Shown here: piece by piece, positions 29,416 to 44,600 of the stretch
How positions within the stretch are numbered: the first letter of the stretch is position 1
How the letters are laid out: every line of letters begins with the position of its first letter
Origin: the human T2T-CHM13v2.0 reference genome, Homo sapiens
Direction: 5' to 3' (one strand)
NCBI RefSeq assembly: GCF_009914755.1
Contig: NC_060940.1
DNA: 64,000 nt
Program-made: the position numbers and the translations under genes
Notes under the pieces: generated by a model
Databases searched by the model: none
What the model saw: only the letters and a program-made list of their open reading frames with translations
Told to the model about the DNA's origin: nothing

Positions 29416-32400
29416 CATTCATTTCCATTCAATGATTCCATTCGAGTCCATTTGATCATTCCGGTAGGGTCCATTCGATGTTGATTCCATTGGAGTGCAT
29501 TCGATGATTCCATTCGAGTCCATTTTAGGATTTGATTCGAGTCCTTTCGATGATTCCATTCGATTCCACTCGATGATGATTTCATTCGAGTCCATTCGAC
29601 ACTTCCAATCGATTCCATTTGATGATTCCATTCGAGTCCAATTGATGATTCCATTCAATTCCATTCGATGATGATTCCGTACGATTCCATTCTGTGATGA
29701 TTCCATGTGATTGCATTCAATGATGATTCCTTTCGATTGCATTCGATTATGATTCATTTCGTGTTCATTCTATGGTTCCACAGGTTTCCATTCGTGTCCA
29801 TTCCATTATTCCATTCTATTCCATTTGATGATGATTCCATTCGATTCCATTCATTGGTGATTCCACTCAATTCCATTCAATGATTCCATTCCATTTCTTT
29901 CAACAATGATTCCATTACTTTCTAATCGATGATCCACTTGATTCCATTTGACGACGATTCCATTCTTGTCCATTCGATGATTCCATTTGATTCCATATGA
30001 TGATGATTCCATTCGATTCCATACCATGATGATTCCATTCGAGTCCATTCAATGGTGATTCCATTCAATTCCATTCGATGATTCCTTTTGATTCCATTCG
30101 ATGATGATGGCATTCGATTCCTTTCAATCATTCCCTTTGATTCCATTCAAAGGTGATTTCATTCAAGTCCATTCGATAATTGCATTCGATTCCATTCTAT
30201 GATGATTCCATTCGAGTCCATTTGATGATTCCATTCAATTCAAGTCAATGATGATTCCATTCGATTCCATTCGATGATTCCATTGGATTCCATTCGATGA
30301 TGATTCCATTCAAATCCATTCGATAATTCAATTCAAGTCCATTCGATGATGATTCCAATCGAATCCATTCAAAGATTCCATTCAGTTCCATTCGATGATT
30401 CCCTTAGATTCCATTCGATGATTCCACTTGATTGCATTTACGATGATTCCATTCGATTCCATGTGATGATTCCATTCAATTCTATTCAATGATGTCTCCA
30501 TTTGATTCCATTCGACCATGATTGCCTTTGATTCCATTCAATGATTCCATTCGGTTCCGTTTGATGATGATTCCGTTCGATTCCATTTGATGATTCCATT
30601 TGATTCCATTGGATGAGTCCATTCGATTACATTCGATGATTATTCCATTCGAGTGCATTAGATGATTCCATTCGAGTCCATTCGATGATTCCATTCGATT
30701 CCATTCGATGTTGATTCTGTTCAAATCCATTCGATGATTCCACTCGATTCCATTCGTTGACTCCATTTGATCCCATTCGATGATTTCCTTTGATTCCCTT
30801 TGATGATCATTCCATTTGATTCAATTCGGTGATTTCATTTGATTCCATTCAGTGATGTTTCCATTCGACTCCATTCGATGATGATTCCATTCGACTCCAT
30901 TCGATTATGATTTCATTCAATTCCATTCGATAATGATTCCCTTCGAGTCCATTCGATGATTCCATTCGATTCCATTCAACGATGATTTGATTCGTGTCCA
31001 TTCGATGATTCCATTTGATTCCACTTGATGATGATTCCATTCGAGTCCATTTGATGATTCCATTCAATTCCATACTCCGATGATTTCTTTTGAGCCCACT
31101 CAATGCTTCCACTCGATTCCATATGATGATGACTCCATTCGATGAAATTCGATGATGATTCCATTCGCTTGCTTTCGATGATGATTCCACTTGAGTCCGT
31201 TAGAAGATTCTATTCAATTACATTCCATGACGATTCCGTTCGAGTCCATTTGATGATTCCATTAGACTCCATTCGACGATGATTCCATTCGATGTTATTT
31301 GATGATTCCATTCGATCTCATTCGATGATGATTCCATTCAACTCCATTCGATGTTTCCATTCGAGTTCATTCTATTATTCCATTAGATTCCATTCGATGA
31401 TGATTCCATTCGATTCCATTTGATGATTGCATTCTATTTCATTTGATGATGATTCCATTCGAGTCCACTCGATGATTCCATTCGAGTCCATTTAATGAAT
31501 CCATTGGTTTCAATTCTATGATGATTACATTGGATTCCATTCGTTGATGATTTCATTCGGTTCCATTCAATGATGATTCCATTCAATTCCTTTCAATGTT
31601 TCAATTCAATTCCATACGATGATGATTCCATTTGATTTGATTCGACAGTGAGCCATTCGATTCAATTCCATGATGGTTCTATTTGATTCAATTGGTTGAC
31701 ATTTCCATTCGATTCCATTCGATGATGATTCCCTTTGATTCCGTTCAAAGATGATTCCATTCTAGCCCATTCAATCATTCCATTCGATTCTATTCAATGA
31801 TGATTCCATTCATGTCGATTTGGTGATTCCATTTGACTTCATTTGATGATGATTCCTTTCAAGTTCATTAGATGATTCCATTCGATTCCATTTGATGATG
31901 ATCCCATTCGAGTCCATTCAGTGATTCCATTCGTTTCTATTCCATGATGATTCCATTCCTTTCCATTCAATGATTCCATTCGATTCCGTTTGATGATGAT
32001 TTCATTCGAGTCCATTTGATGATTCCATTTGATTCCATTCGATGATGATTCCATTCGAGTCCATTCGATGATTCTATTCGAATCCATTTGATGATTTCTT
32101 TTGATTATATTTGGTGATGATTCCATTGGAGTCCATTCAATGATTCCATTCTATTCCAATCGATGATGATTCCATTAGAGTCCATTTAATGATTCCATTT
32201 GATTCCAGTCTCTGATGATTACATTCGAGTCCATACGATGATTCCACTCAATTCCATATGATGATGATTCCATTTGATTCCATTCGGTGATTCCATTCTA
32301 TTCTATTCAATGGTGATTCCATTCGAGTACATTAGATGATTCCATTCGATTCCATTCAATGATGATTCTATTTGTGTCCCTTAGATGATTCCACATGATT

Positions 32401-35400
32401 CCATTAGATGATGATACTATTTGAGCCCATCCAATGATTCCCTTCGATTCCATTCGATGAGGATTCCATTCGATTCAATTCATTGGTGATTCTATTCAAT
32501 TCAATTCTTTGATTCCATTCCATTCCATTCGACAATGATTCCATTCGATTTCTTTCGATGATTCCACTCGATTCCACTTGACATTGATTCCATTCGATTC
32601 CATTCAATGATTCCATTTGATTCCAGTGGATGATGATTGCCATCGATTCCATTCGATCACTCCATTCTATTCCATTTGATGATGATTACATTCGATTCCA
32701 TTTGATGATTCCATCTGATTCTATTCGAGGATTCCATTTGATTCCATTCGATGATGATTCCATTCGAGTCCATTCGATGATTTCATTCGAGTACATCCAA
32801 TGATTCCATTCGAGTCCATTAGATGATTCCATTTGATTCCATTTGAAAATGATTCTACTAGAGTCCATTCAATGACTCCATTCGAGTCCATTCAACAATT
32901 CCATTCGACTCCATTCGATGATTCCATTCGATTCCATTTGATGGTTCCATTCGAGTCCATTTAATCATTACAGTCGAGTCCATTTGGTGATTCCACTGGA
33001 TTTCTTTTGATAATGATACCATTCAATTACATTTGATGATGATCCCATTCAATTTCATTTGATGATGATTCCATTAGAGTCCATTCGATGATTTCATTCG
33101 AGTCCCTTCATTGATTCCATCCAATTTCATTGGATGATGACTCCATTCGAGTCCATTCGATGATTCCACTCGATTCCATTAGATGACTCCATTGGAGTCC
33201 ATTTGATTGTTCCATTCGATTCCATTCGATTCCTTTCGAAGATTATTCCATTTGAGTCCATTCGATGATGATTCCATTCCATTCCATTCGATGATTCCGT
33301 TTGATTCCATTCGATGATTCCCTTCGATTCCTTTCTTTGATGATTCCATTCCATTCCATTCAATGATTCCATTCGAATCTATTCCATGATGATTCCTTTC
33401 GATTCCATTCGCTGATGTTTCCGTTCAATTCCATTCGATGATGATTCCATTCGATTCCATTCATTGAGGATTCCATTTGATTCCATTCAATGATGATTCC
33501 ATTCTATTCCATTCAATGATTGCATTCAATTCCATTCAATGATTATCCCATTAGAGTAAACTCAACGATTCCATTCAATACCATTCGATGATGATTCCTT
33601 TTGAGTCCATTCAATGATTTCATTCAAGTCCATTTGATGATTCCTTTCAATTCCATTCTATGATGATTCCATTCGAGTCCATTCGATGATTCCATTCGAT
33701 TGCATTCGATGATTCCATTATATTCCAGTCAACGATGATTCCATTCGAGTCCATTCGATGATTCCATTAGAGTACATTTAATGATTGCTTTGTTTTCAAT
33801 TCGAAGATGATTACATTGGATTCCATTCTATGATACCATTCGATTCCATTCAATGATGATTCCACTCAAATCCATTGGATGATTCCATTCGTGTCCATTC
33901 GGTGATTTCATTAGATTCCATTCGAGGATGATTCCATTCGATTCCATTCGATGATTCCATTCAATTCCATTCGATGATGATTCCATTCCATTCCATATGA
34001 TCATTCCATTTGATTTCATTCGATGATGATTCCATTCAATTCGATTCGACGATTCCATTCTATTCCATTCGATGATGATTCCATTCGAGTCCATTCGATG
34101 ATTCCATTCGAGTCCATTTAATGATTCCATTGGGTTCAATTCAATGATGATTACATTGGATTCCGTTCTATGATTCCATTCAATTCCGTTCATTGACAAT
34201 TTGATTCCATTCGATGATGATTCCATTTGAGTTCATTCTATGATTCTATTTGATTCTCTTCGATGGTGATTCAATTCTATTATATTGGATGATTCCATTC
34301 GATTCCATTTGATGTTGATTCAATTCGATTCTATTCGATGATGATTCCATTGGATTTCACTTGATGATTCTATTCGATTCCATTCAATGATGATTCACTT
34401 CTCGTCCATTGGATGATTCCATTTCATTCCATTCGATGATGATTCCATTCGATTCCATTCGATGATTCCATTTGATTCCATGCGACGGTGAGCAATTCGA
34501 TTCAATTCCATGATGATTCTATTTGATTCAATTAGATGATGTTTCCATTCGAATCCATTCCATGATTATTCCATTGGAATCCATTCGGCGATGATTCCAT
34601 ATGAGTCAATTCAATGATGATTCCATATGGGTCCGTTCGATGATAATTCCATTTGATTTCATTCGATGCTTCTATTCTATTCCAGTCGATGATGATTCCG
34701 TTGGAGTCCATACGATGATTCCATTTGATTTCATTTGATGATGATTCCATTCGATGATGATTACATTGGATTCCATTCTATGATTCCATTCAATTCCATT
34801 CGTTGATGATTCGATTCCATTCAATGATGATTCCATTTGAGTTCATTCGATGATTCTATTCGATTCCGTTCGATGGTGATTCAATTCTATTATATTGGAT
34901 GATTCCACTCGATTCCATTTGATGATTATTCCATTGGAGTCCACTTAGTGAATCCTTTAGATTCTACTCGACGATGATTCCATTCGAGTCCATTCGATGA
35001 TACCATTCAATTCCATTCGTTGATGCTTCCATTCAAGTGCATTCGATGATATCATTCGATTCCATTTGATGATAATTCCATTTGATTCCATGCGATGATT
35101 CTATTCGATTCCATTCAATGATAATTCCATTCAATTCAGTGATTCCTCTGGACTCCATTTGATGATGATTCCATTCAATGATTCCATTCGATTCTATTCG
35201 AAAATGATTCCATTTGAATCCATTTGATGATGATTCCATTAGATTCCATTTGATGATTCCATTCGATTCCATTCGACGATGATTCCATTCCATTCCGTTT
35301 GATGATTCCATTCTATTCTATTCGATGATGATTCCATTCGATTCCATTCGATGATGATTGGATTCGATTCCATTTGATGATTTCATTTGATTCCATTCGT

Positions 35401-35527
35401 TAATGATTTCGATCAATTCCATTCGATGATTCCATTCGATTCCATTCGATAATGATTACATCCGAGTCCATTCGATGATTCCCTTTGAGCCTGTTCGATA
35501 ATTCCATTTGAGTCCAACCAATGATTC
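29416..35527 (+). repeat. Unit U6, full length, 6,112 bp
   Basis: Landmark offset 29419 to 35531 is 6112. Confidence 0.95.
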
Positions 35528-38500
35528 CATTCATTTCCATTCAATGATTCCATTCGAGTCCATTTGATCATTCCGGTAGGGTCCATTCGATGTTGATTCC
35601 ATTGGAGTGCATTCGATGATTCCATTCGAGTCCATTTTAGGATTTGATTCGAGTCCTTTCGATGATTCCATTCGATTCCACTCGATGATGATTTCATTCG
35701 AGTCCATTCGACACTTCCAATCGATTCCATTTGATGATTCCATTCGAGTCCAATTGATGATTCCATTCAATTCCATTCGATGATGATTCCGTACGATTCC
35801 ATTCTGTGATGATTCCATGTGATTGCATTCAATGATGATTCCTTTCGATTGCATTCGATTATGATTCATTTCGTGTTCATTCTATGGTTCCACAGGTTTC
35901 CATTCGTGTCCATTCCATTATTCCATTCTATTCCATTTGATGATGATTCCATTCGATTCCATTCATTGGTGATTCCACTCAATTCCATTCAATGATTCCA
36001 TTCCATTTCTTTCAACAATGATTCCATTAGTTTCTAATCGATGATCCACTTGATTCCATTTGACGACGATTCCATTCTTGTCCATTCGATGATTCCATTT
36101 GATTCCATATGATGATGATTCCATTCGATTCCATACCATGATGATTCCATTCGAGTCCATTCAATGGTGATTCCATTCAATTCCATTCGATGATTCCTTT
36201 TGATTCCATTCGATGATGATGGCATTCGATTCCTTTCAATCATTCCCTTTGATTCCATTCAAAGGTGATTTCATTCAAGTCCATTCGATAATTGCATTCG
36301 ATTCCATTCTATGATGATTCCATTCGAGTCCATTTGATGATTCCATTCAATTCAAGTCAATGATGATTCCATTCGATTCCATTCGATGATTCCATTGGAT
36401 TCCATTCGATGATGATTCCATTCAAATCCATTCGATAATTCAATTCAAGTCCATTCGATGATGATTCCAATCGAATCCATTCAAAGATTCCATTCAGTTC
36501 CATTCGATGATTCCCTTAGATTCCATTCGATGATTCCACTTGATTGCATTTACGATGATTCCATTCGATTCCATGTGATGATTCCATTCAATTCTATTCA
36601 ATGATGTCTCCATTTGATTCCATTCGACCATGATTGCCTTTGATTCCATTCAATGATTCCATTCGGTTCCGTTTGATGATGATTCCGTTCGATTCCATTT
36701 GATGATTCCATTTGATTCCATTGGATGAGTCCATTCGATTACATTCGATGATTATTCCATTCGAGTGCATTAGATGATTCCATTCGAGTCCATTCGATGA
36801 TTCCATTCGATTCCATTCGATGTTGATTCTGTTCAAATCCATTCGATGATTCCACTCGATTCCATTCGTTGACTCCATTTGATCCCATTCGATGATTTCC
36901 TTTGATTCCCTTTGATGATCATTCCATTTGATTCAATTCGGTGATTTCATTTGATTCCATTCAGTGATGTTTCCATTCGACTCCATTCGATGATGATTCC
37001 ATTCGACTCCATTCGATTATGATTTCATTCAATTCCATTCGATAATGATTCCCTTCGAGTCCATTCGATGATTCCATTCGATTCCATTCAACGATGATTT
37101 GATTCGTGTCCATTCGATGATTCCATTTGATTCCACTTGATGATGATTCCATTCGAGTCCATTTGATGATTCCATTCAATTCCATACTCCGATGATTTCT
37201 TTTGAGCCCACTCAATGCTTCCACTCGATTCCATATGATGATGACTCCATTCGATGAAATTCGATGATGATTCCATTCGCTTGCTTTCGATGATGATTCC
37301 ACTTGAATCCGTTAGAAGATTCTATTCAATTACATTCCATGACGATTCCGTTCGAGTCCATTTGATGATTCCATTAGACTCCATTCGACGATGATTCCAT
37401 TCGATGTTATTCGATGATTCCATTCGATCTCATTTGATGATGATTCCATTCAACTCCATTCGATGTTTCCATTCGAGTTCATTCTATTATTCCATTAGAT
37501 TCCATTCGATGATGATTCCATTCGATTCCATTTGATGATTGCATTCTATTTCATTTGATGATGATTCCATTCGAGTCCACTCGATGATTCCATTCGAGTC
37601 CATTTCATGAATCCATTGGTTTCAATTCTATGATGATTACATTGGATTCCATTCGTTGATGATTTCATTCGGTTCCATTCAATGATGATTCCATTCAATT
37701 CCTTTCAATGTTTCCATTCAATTCCATACGATGATGATTCCATTTGATTTGATTCGACAGTGAGCCATTCGATTCAATTCCATGATGATTCTATTTGATT
37801 CAATTGGTTGACATTTCCATTCGATTCCATTCGATGATGATTCCCTTTGATTCCGTTCAAAGATGATTCCATTCTAGCCCATTCAATCATTCCATTCGAT
37901 TCTATTCAATGATGATTCCATTCATGTCGATTTGGTGATTCCATTTGACTTCATTTGATGATGATTCCTTTCAAGTTCATTAGATGATTCCATTCGATTC
38001 CATTTGATGATGATCCCATTCGAGTCCATTCAGTGATTCCATTCGTTTCTATTCCATGATGATTCCATTCCTTTCCATTCAATGATTGCATTCGATTCCG
38101 TTTGATGATGATTTCATTCGAGTCCATTTGATGATTCCATTTGATTCCATTCGATGATGATTCCATTCGAGTCCATTCGATGATTCTATTCGAATCCATT
38201 TGATGATTTCTTTTGATTATATTTGGTGATGATTCCATTGGAGTCCATTCAATGATTCCATTCTATTCCAATCGATGATGATTCCATTAGAGTCCATTTA
38301 ATGATTCCATTTGATTCCAGTCTCTGATGATTACATTCGAGTCCATACGATGATTCTACTCAATTCCATATGATGATGATTCCATTTGATTCCATTCGGT
38401 GATTCCATTCTATTCTATTCAATGGTGATTCCATTCGAGTACATTAGATGATTCCATTCGATTCCATTCAATGATGATTCTATTTGTGTCCCTTAGATGA

Positions 38501-41500
38501 TTCCACATGATTCCATTAGATGATGATACTATTTGAGCCCATCCAATGATTCCCTTCGATTCCATTCGATGAGGATTCCATTCGATTCAATTCATTGGTG
38601 ATTCTATTCAATTCAATTCTTTGATTCCATTCCATTCCATTCGACAATGATTCCATTCGATTTCTTTCGATGATTCCACTCGATTCCACTTGACATTGAT
38701 TCCATTCGATTCCATTCAATGATTCCATTTGATTCCAGTGGATGATGATTGCCATCGATTCCATTCGATCACTCCATTCTATTCCATTTGATGATGATTA
38801 CATTCGATTCCATTTGATGATTCCATCTGATTCTATTCGAGGATTCCATTTGATTCCATTCGATGATGATTCCATTCGAGTCCATTCGATGATTTCATTC
38901 GAGTACATCCAATGATTCCATTCGAGTCCATTAGATGATTCCATTTGATTCCATTTGAAAATGATTCTACTAGAGTCCATTCAATGACTCCATTCGAGTC
39001 CATTCAACAGTTCCATTCGACTCCATTCGATGATTCCATTCGATTCCATTTGATGGTTCCATTCGAGTCCATTTAATCATTACAGTCGAGTCCATTTGGT
39101 GATTCCACTGGATTTCTTTTGATAATGATACCATTCAATTACATTTGATGATGATCCCATTCAATTTCATTTGATGATGATTCCATTAGAGTCCATTCGA
39201 TGATTTCATTCGAGTCCCTTCATTGATTCCATCCGATTTCATTGGATGATGACTCCATTCGAGTCCATTCGATGATTCCACTCGATTCCATTAGATGACT
39301 CCATTGGAGTCCATTTGATTGTTCCATTCGATTCCATTCGATTCCTTTCGAAGATTATTCCATTTGAGTCCATTCGATGATGATTCCATTCCATTCCATT
39401 CGATGATTCCGTTTGATTCCATTCGATGATTCCCTTCGATTCCTTTCTTTGATGATTCCATTCCATTCCATTCAATGATTCCATTCGAATCTATTCCATG
39501 ATGATTCCTTTCGATTCCATTCGCTGATGTTTCCGTTCAATTCCATTCGATGATGATTCCATTCGATTCCATTCATTGAGGATTCCATTTGATTCCATTC
39601 AATGATGATTCCATTCTATTCCATTCAATGATTGCATTCAATTCCATTCAATGATTATCCCCTTAGAGTAAACTCAACGATTCCATTCAATACCATTCGA
39701 TGATGATTCCTTTTGAGTCCATTCAATGATTTCATTCAAGTCCATTTGATGATTCCTTTCAATTCCATTCTATGATGATTCCATTCGAGTCCATTCGATG
39801 ATTCCATTCGATTGCATTCGATGATTCCATTATATTCCATTCAACGGTGATTCCATTCGAGTCCATTCCATGATTCCATTAGAGTACATTTAATGATTGC
39901 TTTGTTTTCAATTCGAAGATGATTACATTGGATTCCATTCTATGATACCATTCGATTCCATTCAATGATGATTCCACTCAAATCCATTGGATGATTCCAT
40001 TCGTGTCCATTCGGTGATTTCATTAGATTCCATTCGAGGATGATTCCATTCGATTCCATTCGATGATTCCATTCAATTCCATTCGATGATGATTCCATTC
40101 CAGTCCATATGATCATTCCATTTGATTTCATTCGATGATGATTCCATTCGATTCCATTCGACGATTCCATTCTATTCCATTCAATGATGATTCCATTCGA
40201 GTCCATTCGATGATTCCATTCGAGTCCATTTAATGATTCCATTGGGTTCAATTCAATGATGATTACATTGGATTCCGTTCTATGATTCCATTCAACTCCG
40301 TTCATTGACAATTTGATTCCATTCGATGATGATTCCATTTGAGTTCATTCGATGATTCTATTCGATTCTCTTCGATGGTGATTCAATTCTATTATATTGG
40401 ATGATTCCATTCGATTCCATTTGATGTTGATTCAATTCGATTCTATTCGATGATGATTCCATTGGATTTCACTTGATGATTCTATTCGATTCCATTCAAT
40501 GATGATTCACTTCTCGTCCATTGGATGATTCCATTTCATTCCATTCGATGATGATTCCATTCGATTCCATTCGATGATTCCATTTGATTCCATGCGACGG
40601 TGAGCAATTCGATTCAATTCCATGATGATTCTATTTGATTCAATTAGATGATGTTTCCATTCGAATCCATTCCATGATTATTCCATTGGAATCCATTCGG
40701 CGATGATTCCATATGAGTCAATTCAATGATGATTCCATATGGGTCCGTTCGATGATAATTCCATTTGATTTCATTCGATGCTTCTATTCTATTCCAGTCG
40801 ATGATGATTCCGTTGGAGTCCATACGATGATTCCATTTGATTTCATTTGATGATGATTCCATTCGATGATGATTACATTGGATTCCATTCTATGATTCCA
40901 TTCAATTCCATTCGTTGATGATTCGATTCCATTCAATGATGATTCCATTTGAGTTCATTCGATGATTCTATTCGATTCCGTTCGATGGTGATTCAATTCT
41001 ATTATATTGGATGATTCCACTCGATTCCATTTGATGATTATTCCATTGGAGTCCACTTAGTGAATCCTTTAGATTCTACTCGACGATGATTCCATTCGAG
41101 TCCATTCGATGATACCATTCAATTCCATTCGTTGATGCTTCCATTCAAGTGCATTCGATGATATCATTCGATTCCATTTGATGATAATTCCATTTGATTC
41201 CATGCGATGATTCTATTCGATTCCATTCAATGATAATTCCATTCAATTCAGTGATTCCTCTGGACTCCATTTGATGATGATTCCATTCAATGATTCCATT
41301 CGATTCTATTCGAAAATGATTCCATTTGAATCCATTTGATGATGATTCCATTAGATTCCATTTGATGATTCCATTCGATTCCATTCGACGATGATTCCAT
41401 TCGATTCCGTTTGATGATTCCATTCTATTCTATTCGATGATGATTCCATTCGATTCCATTCGATGATGATTGGATTCGATTCCATTGGATGATTTCATTT

Positions 41501-41639
41501 GATTCCATTCGTTAATGATTTCGATCAATTCCATTCGATGATTCCATTCGATTCCATTCGATAATGATTACATCCGAGTCCATTCGATGATTCCCTTTGA
41601 GCCTGTTCGATAATTCCATTTGAGTCCAACCAATGATTC
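35528..41639 (+). repeat. Unit U7, full length, 6,112 bp
   Basis: Landmark offset 35531 to 41643 is 6112. Confidence 0.95.
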
Positions 41640-44600
41640 CATTCATTTCCATTCAATGATTCCATTCGAGTCCATTTGATCATTCCGGTAGGGTCCATTC
41701 GATGTTGATTCCATTGGAGTGCATTCGATGATTCCATTCGAGTCCATTTTAGGATTTGATTCGAGTCCTTTCGATGATTCCATTCGATTCCACTCGATGA
41801 TGATTTCATTCGAGTCCATTCGACACTTCCAATCGATTCCATTTGATGATTCCATTCGAGTCCAATTGATGATTCCATTCAATTCCATTCGATGATGATT
41901 CCGTACGATTCCATTCTGTGATGATTCCATGTGATTGCATTCAATGATGATTCCTTTCGATTGCATTCGATTATGATTCATTTCGTGTTCATTCTATGGT
42001 TCCACAGGTTTCCATTCGTGTCCATTCCATTATTCCATTCTATTCCATTTGATGATGATTCCATTCGATTCCATTCATTGGTGATTCCACTCAATTCCAT
42101 TCAATGATTCCATTCCATTTCTTTCAACAATGATTCCATTAGTTTCTAATCGATGATCCACTTGATTCCATTTGACGACGATTCCATTCTTGTCCATTCG
42201 ATGATTCCATTTGATTCCATATGATGATGATTCCATTCGATTCCATACCATGATGATTCCATTCGAGTCCATTCAATGGTGCTTCCATTCAATTCCATTC
42301 GATGATTCCTTTCGATTCCATTCGATGATGATGGCATTCGATTCCTTTCAATCATTCCCTTTGATTCCATTCCAAGGTGATTTCATTCAAGTCCATTCGA
42401 TAATTGCATTCGATTCCATTCTATGATGATTCCATTCGAGTCCATTTGATGATTCCATTCAATTCAAGTCAATGATGATTCCATTCGATTCCATTCGATG
42501 ATTCCATTGGATTCCATTCGATGATGATTCCATTCAAATCCATTCGATAATTCAATTCAAGTCCATTCGATGATGATTCCAATCGAATCCATTCAAAGAT
42601 TCCATTCAGTTCCATTCGATGATTCCCTTAGATTCCATTCGATGATTCCACTTGATTGCATTTACGATGATTCCATTCGATTCCATGTGATGATTCCATT
42701 CAATTCTATTCAATGATGTCTCCATTTGATTCCATTCGACCATGATTGTCTTTGATTCCATTCAATGATTCCATTCGGTTCCGTTTGATGATGATTCCGT
42801 TCGATTCCATTTGATGATTCCATTTGATTCCATTGGATGAGTCCATTCGATTACATTCGATGATTATTCCATTCGAGTGCATTAGATGATTCCATTCGAG
42901 TCCATTCGATGATTCCATTCGATTCCATTCGATGTTGATTCTGTTCAAATCCATTCGATGATTCCACTCGATTCCATTCGTTGACTCCATTTGATCCCAT
43001 TCGATGATTTCCTTTGATTCCCTTTGATGATCATTCCATTTGATTCAATTCGGTGATTTCATTTGATTCCATTCAGTGATGTTTCCACTCGACTCCATTC
43101 GATGATGATTCCATTCGACTCCATTCGATTATGATTTCATTCAATTCCATTCGATAATGATTCCCTTCGAGTCCATTCGATGATTCCATTCGATTCCATT
43201 CAACGATGATTTGATTCGTGTCCATTCGATGATTCCATTTGATTCCACTTGATGATGATTCCATTCGAGTCCATTTGATGATTCCATTCAATTCCATACT
43301 CCGATGATTTCTTTTGAGCCCACTCAATGCTTCCACTCGATTCCATATGATGATGACTCCATTCGATGAAATTCGATGATGATTCCATTCGCTTGCTTTC
43401 GATGATGATTCCACTTGAGTCCGTTAGAAGATTCTATTCAATTACATTCCAGGACGATTCCGTTCGAGTCCATTTGATGATTCCATTAGACTCCATTCGA
43501 CGATGATTCCATTCGATGTTATTCGATGATTCCATTCGATCTCATTCGATGATGATTCCATTCAACTCCATTCGATGTTTCCATTCGAGTTCATTCTATT
43601 ATTCCATTAGATTCCATTCGATGATGATTCCATTCGATTCCATTTGATGATTGCATTCTATTTCATTTGATGATGATTCCATTCGAGTCCACTCGATGAT
43701 TCCATTCGAGTCCATTTAATGAATCCATTGGTTTCAATTCTATGATGATTACATTGGATTCCATTCGTTGATGATTTCATTCGGTCCCATTCAATGATGA
43801 TTCCATTCAATTCCTTTCAATGTTTCCATTCAATTCCATACGATGATGATTCCATTTGATTTGATTCGACAGTGAGCCATTCGATTCAATTCCATGATGA
43901 TTCTATTTGATTCAATTGGTTGACATTTCCATTCGATTCCATTCGATGATGATTCCCTTTGATTCCGTTCAAAGATGATTCCATTCTAGCCCATTCAATC
44001 ATTCCATTCGATTCTATTCAATGATGATTCCATTCATGTCGATTTGGTGATTCCATTTGACTTCATTTGATGATGATTCCTTTCAAGTTCATTAGATGAT
44101 TCCATTCGATTCCATTTGATGATGATCCCATTCGAGTCCATTCAGTGATTCCATTCGTTTCTATTCCATGATGATTCCATTCCTTTCCATTCAATGATTG
44201 CATTCGATTCCGTTTGATGATGATTTCATTCGAGTCCATTTGATGATTCCATTTGATTCCATTCGATGATGATTCCATTCGAGTCCATTCGATGATTCTA
44301 TTCGAATCCATTTGATGATTTCTTTTGATTATATTTGGTGATGATTCCATTGGAGTCCATTCAATGATTCCATTCTATTCCAATCGATGATGATTCCATT
44401 AGAGTCCATTTAATGATTCCATTTGATTCCAGTCTCTGATGATTACATTCGAGTCCATACGATGATTCCACTCAATTCCATATGATGATGATTCCATTTG
44501 ATTCCATTCGGTGATTCCATTCTATTCTATTCAATGGTGATTCCATTCGAGTACATTAGATGATTCCATTCGATTCCATTCAATGATGATTCTATTTGTG

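Noticed and set aside
42211-42426. The only plus-strand ORF (71 aa, MIPYDDDSIRFH...)
   Set aside because: It arises only because a private substitution in U8 (ggtgattcc to ggtgcttcc at 42282) removes a TGA. It is satellite translation.
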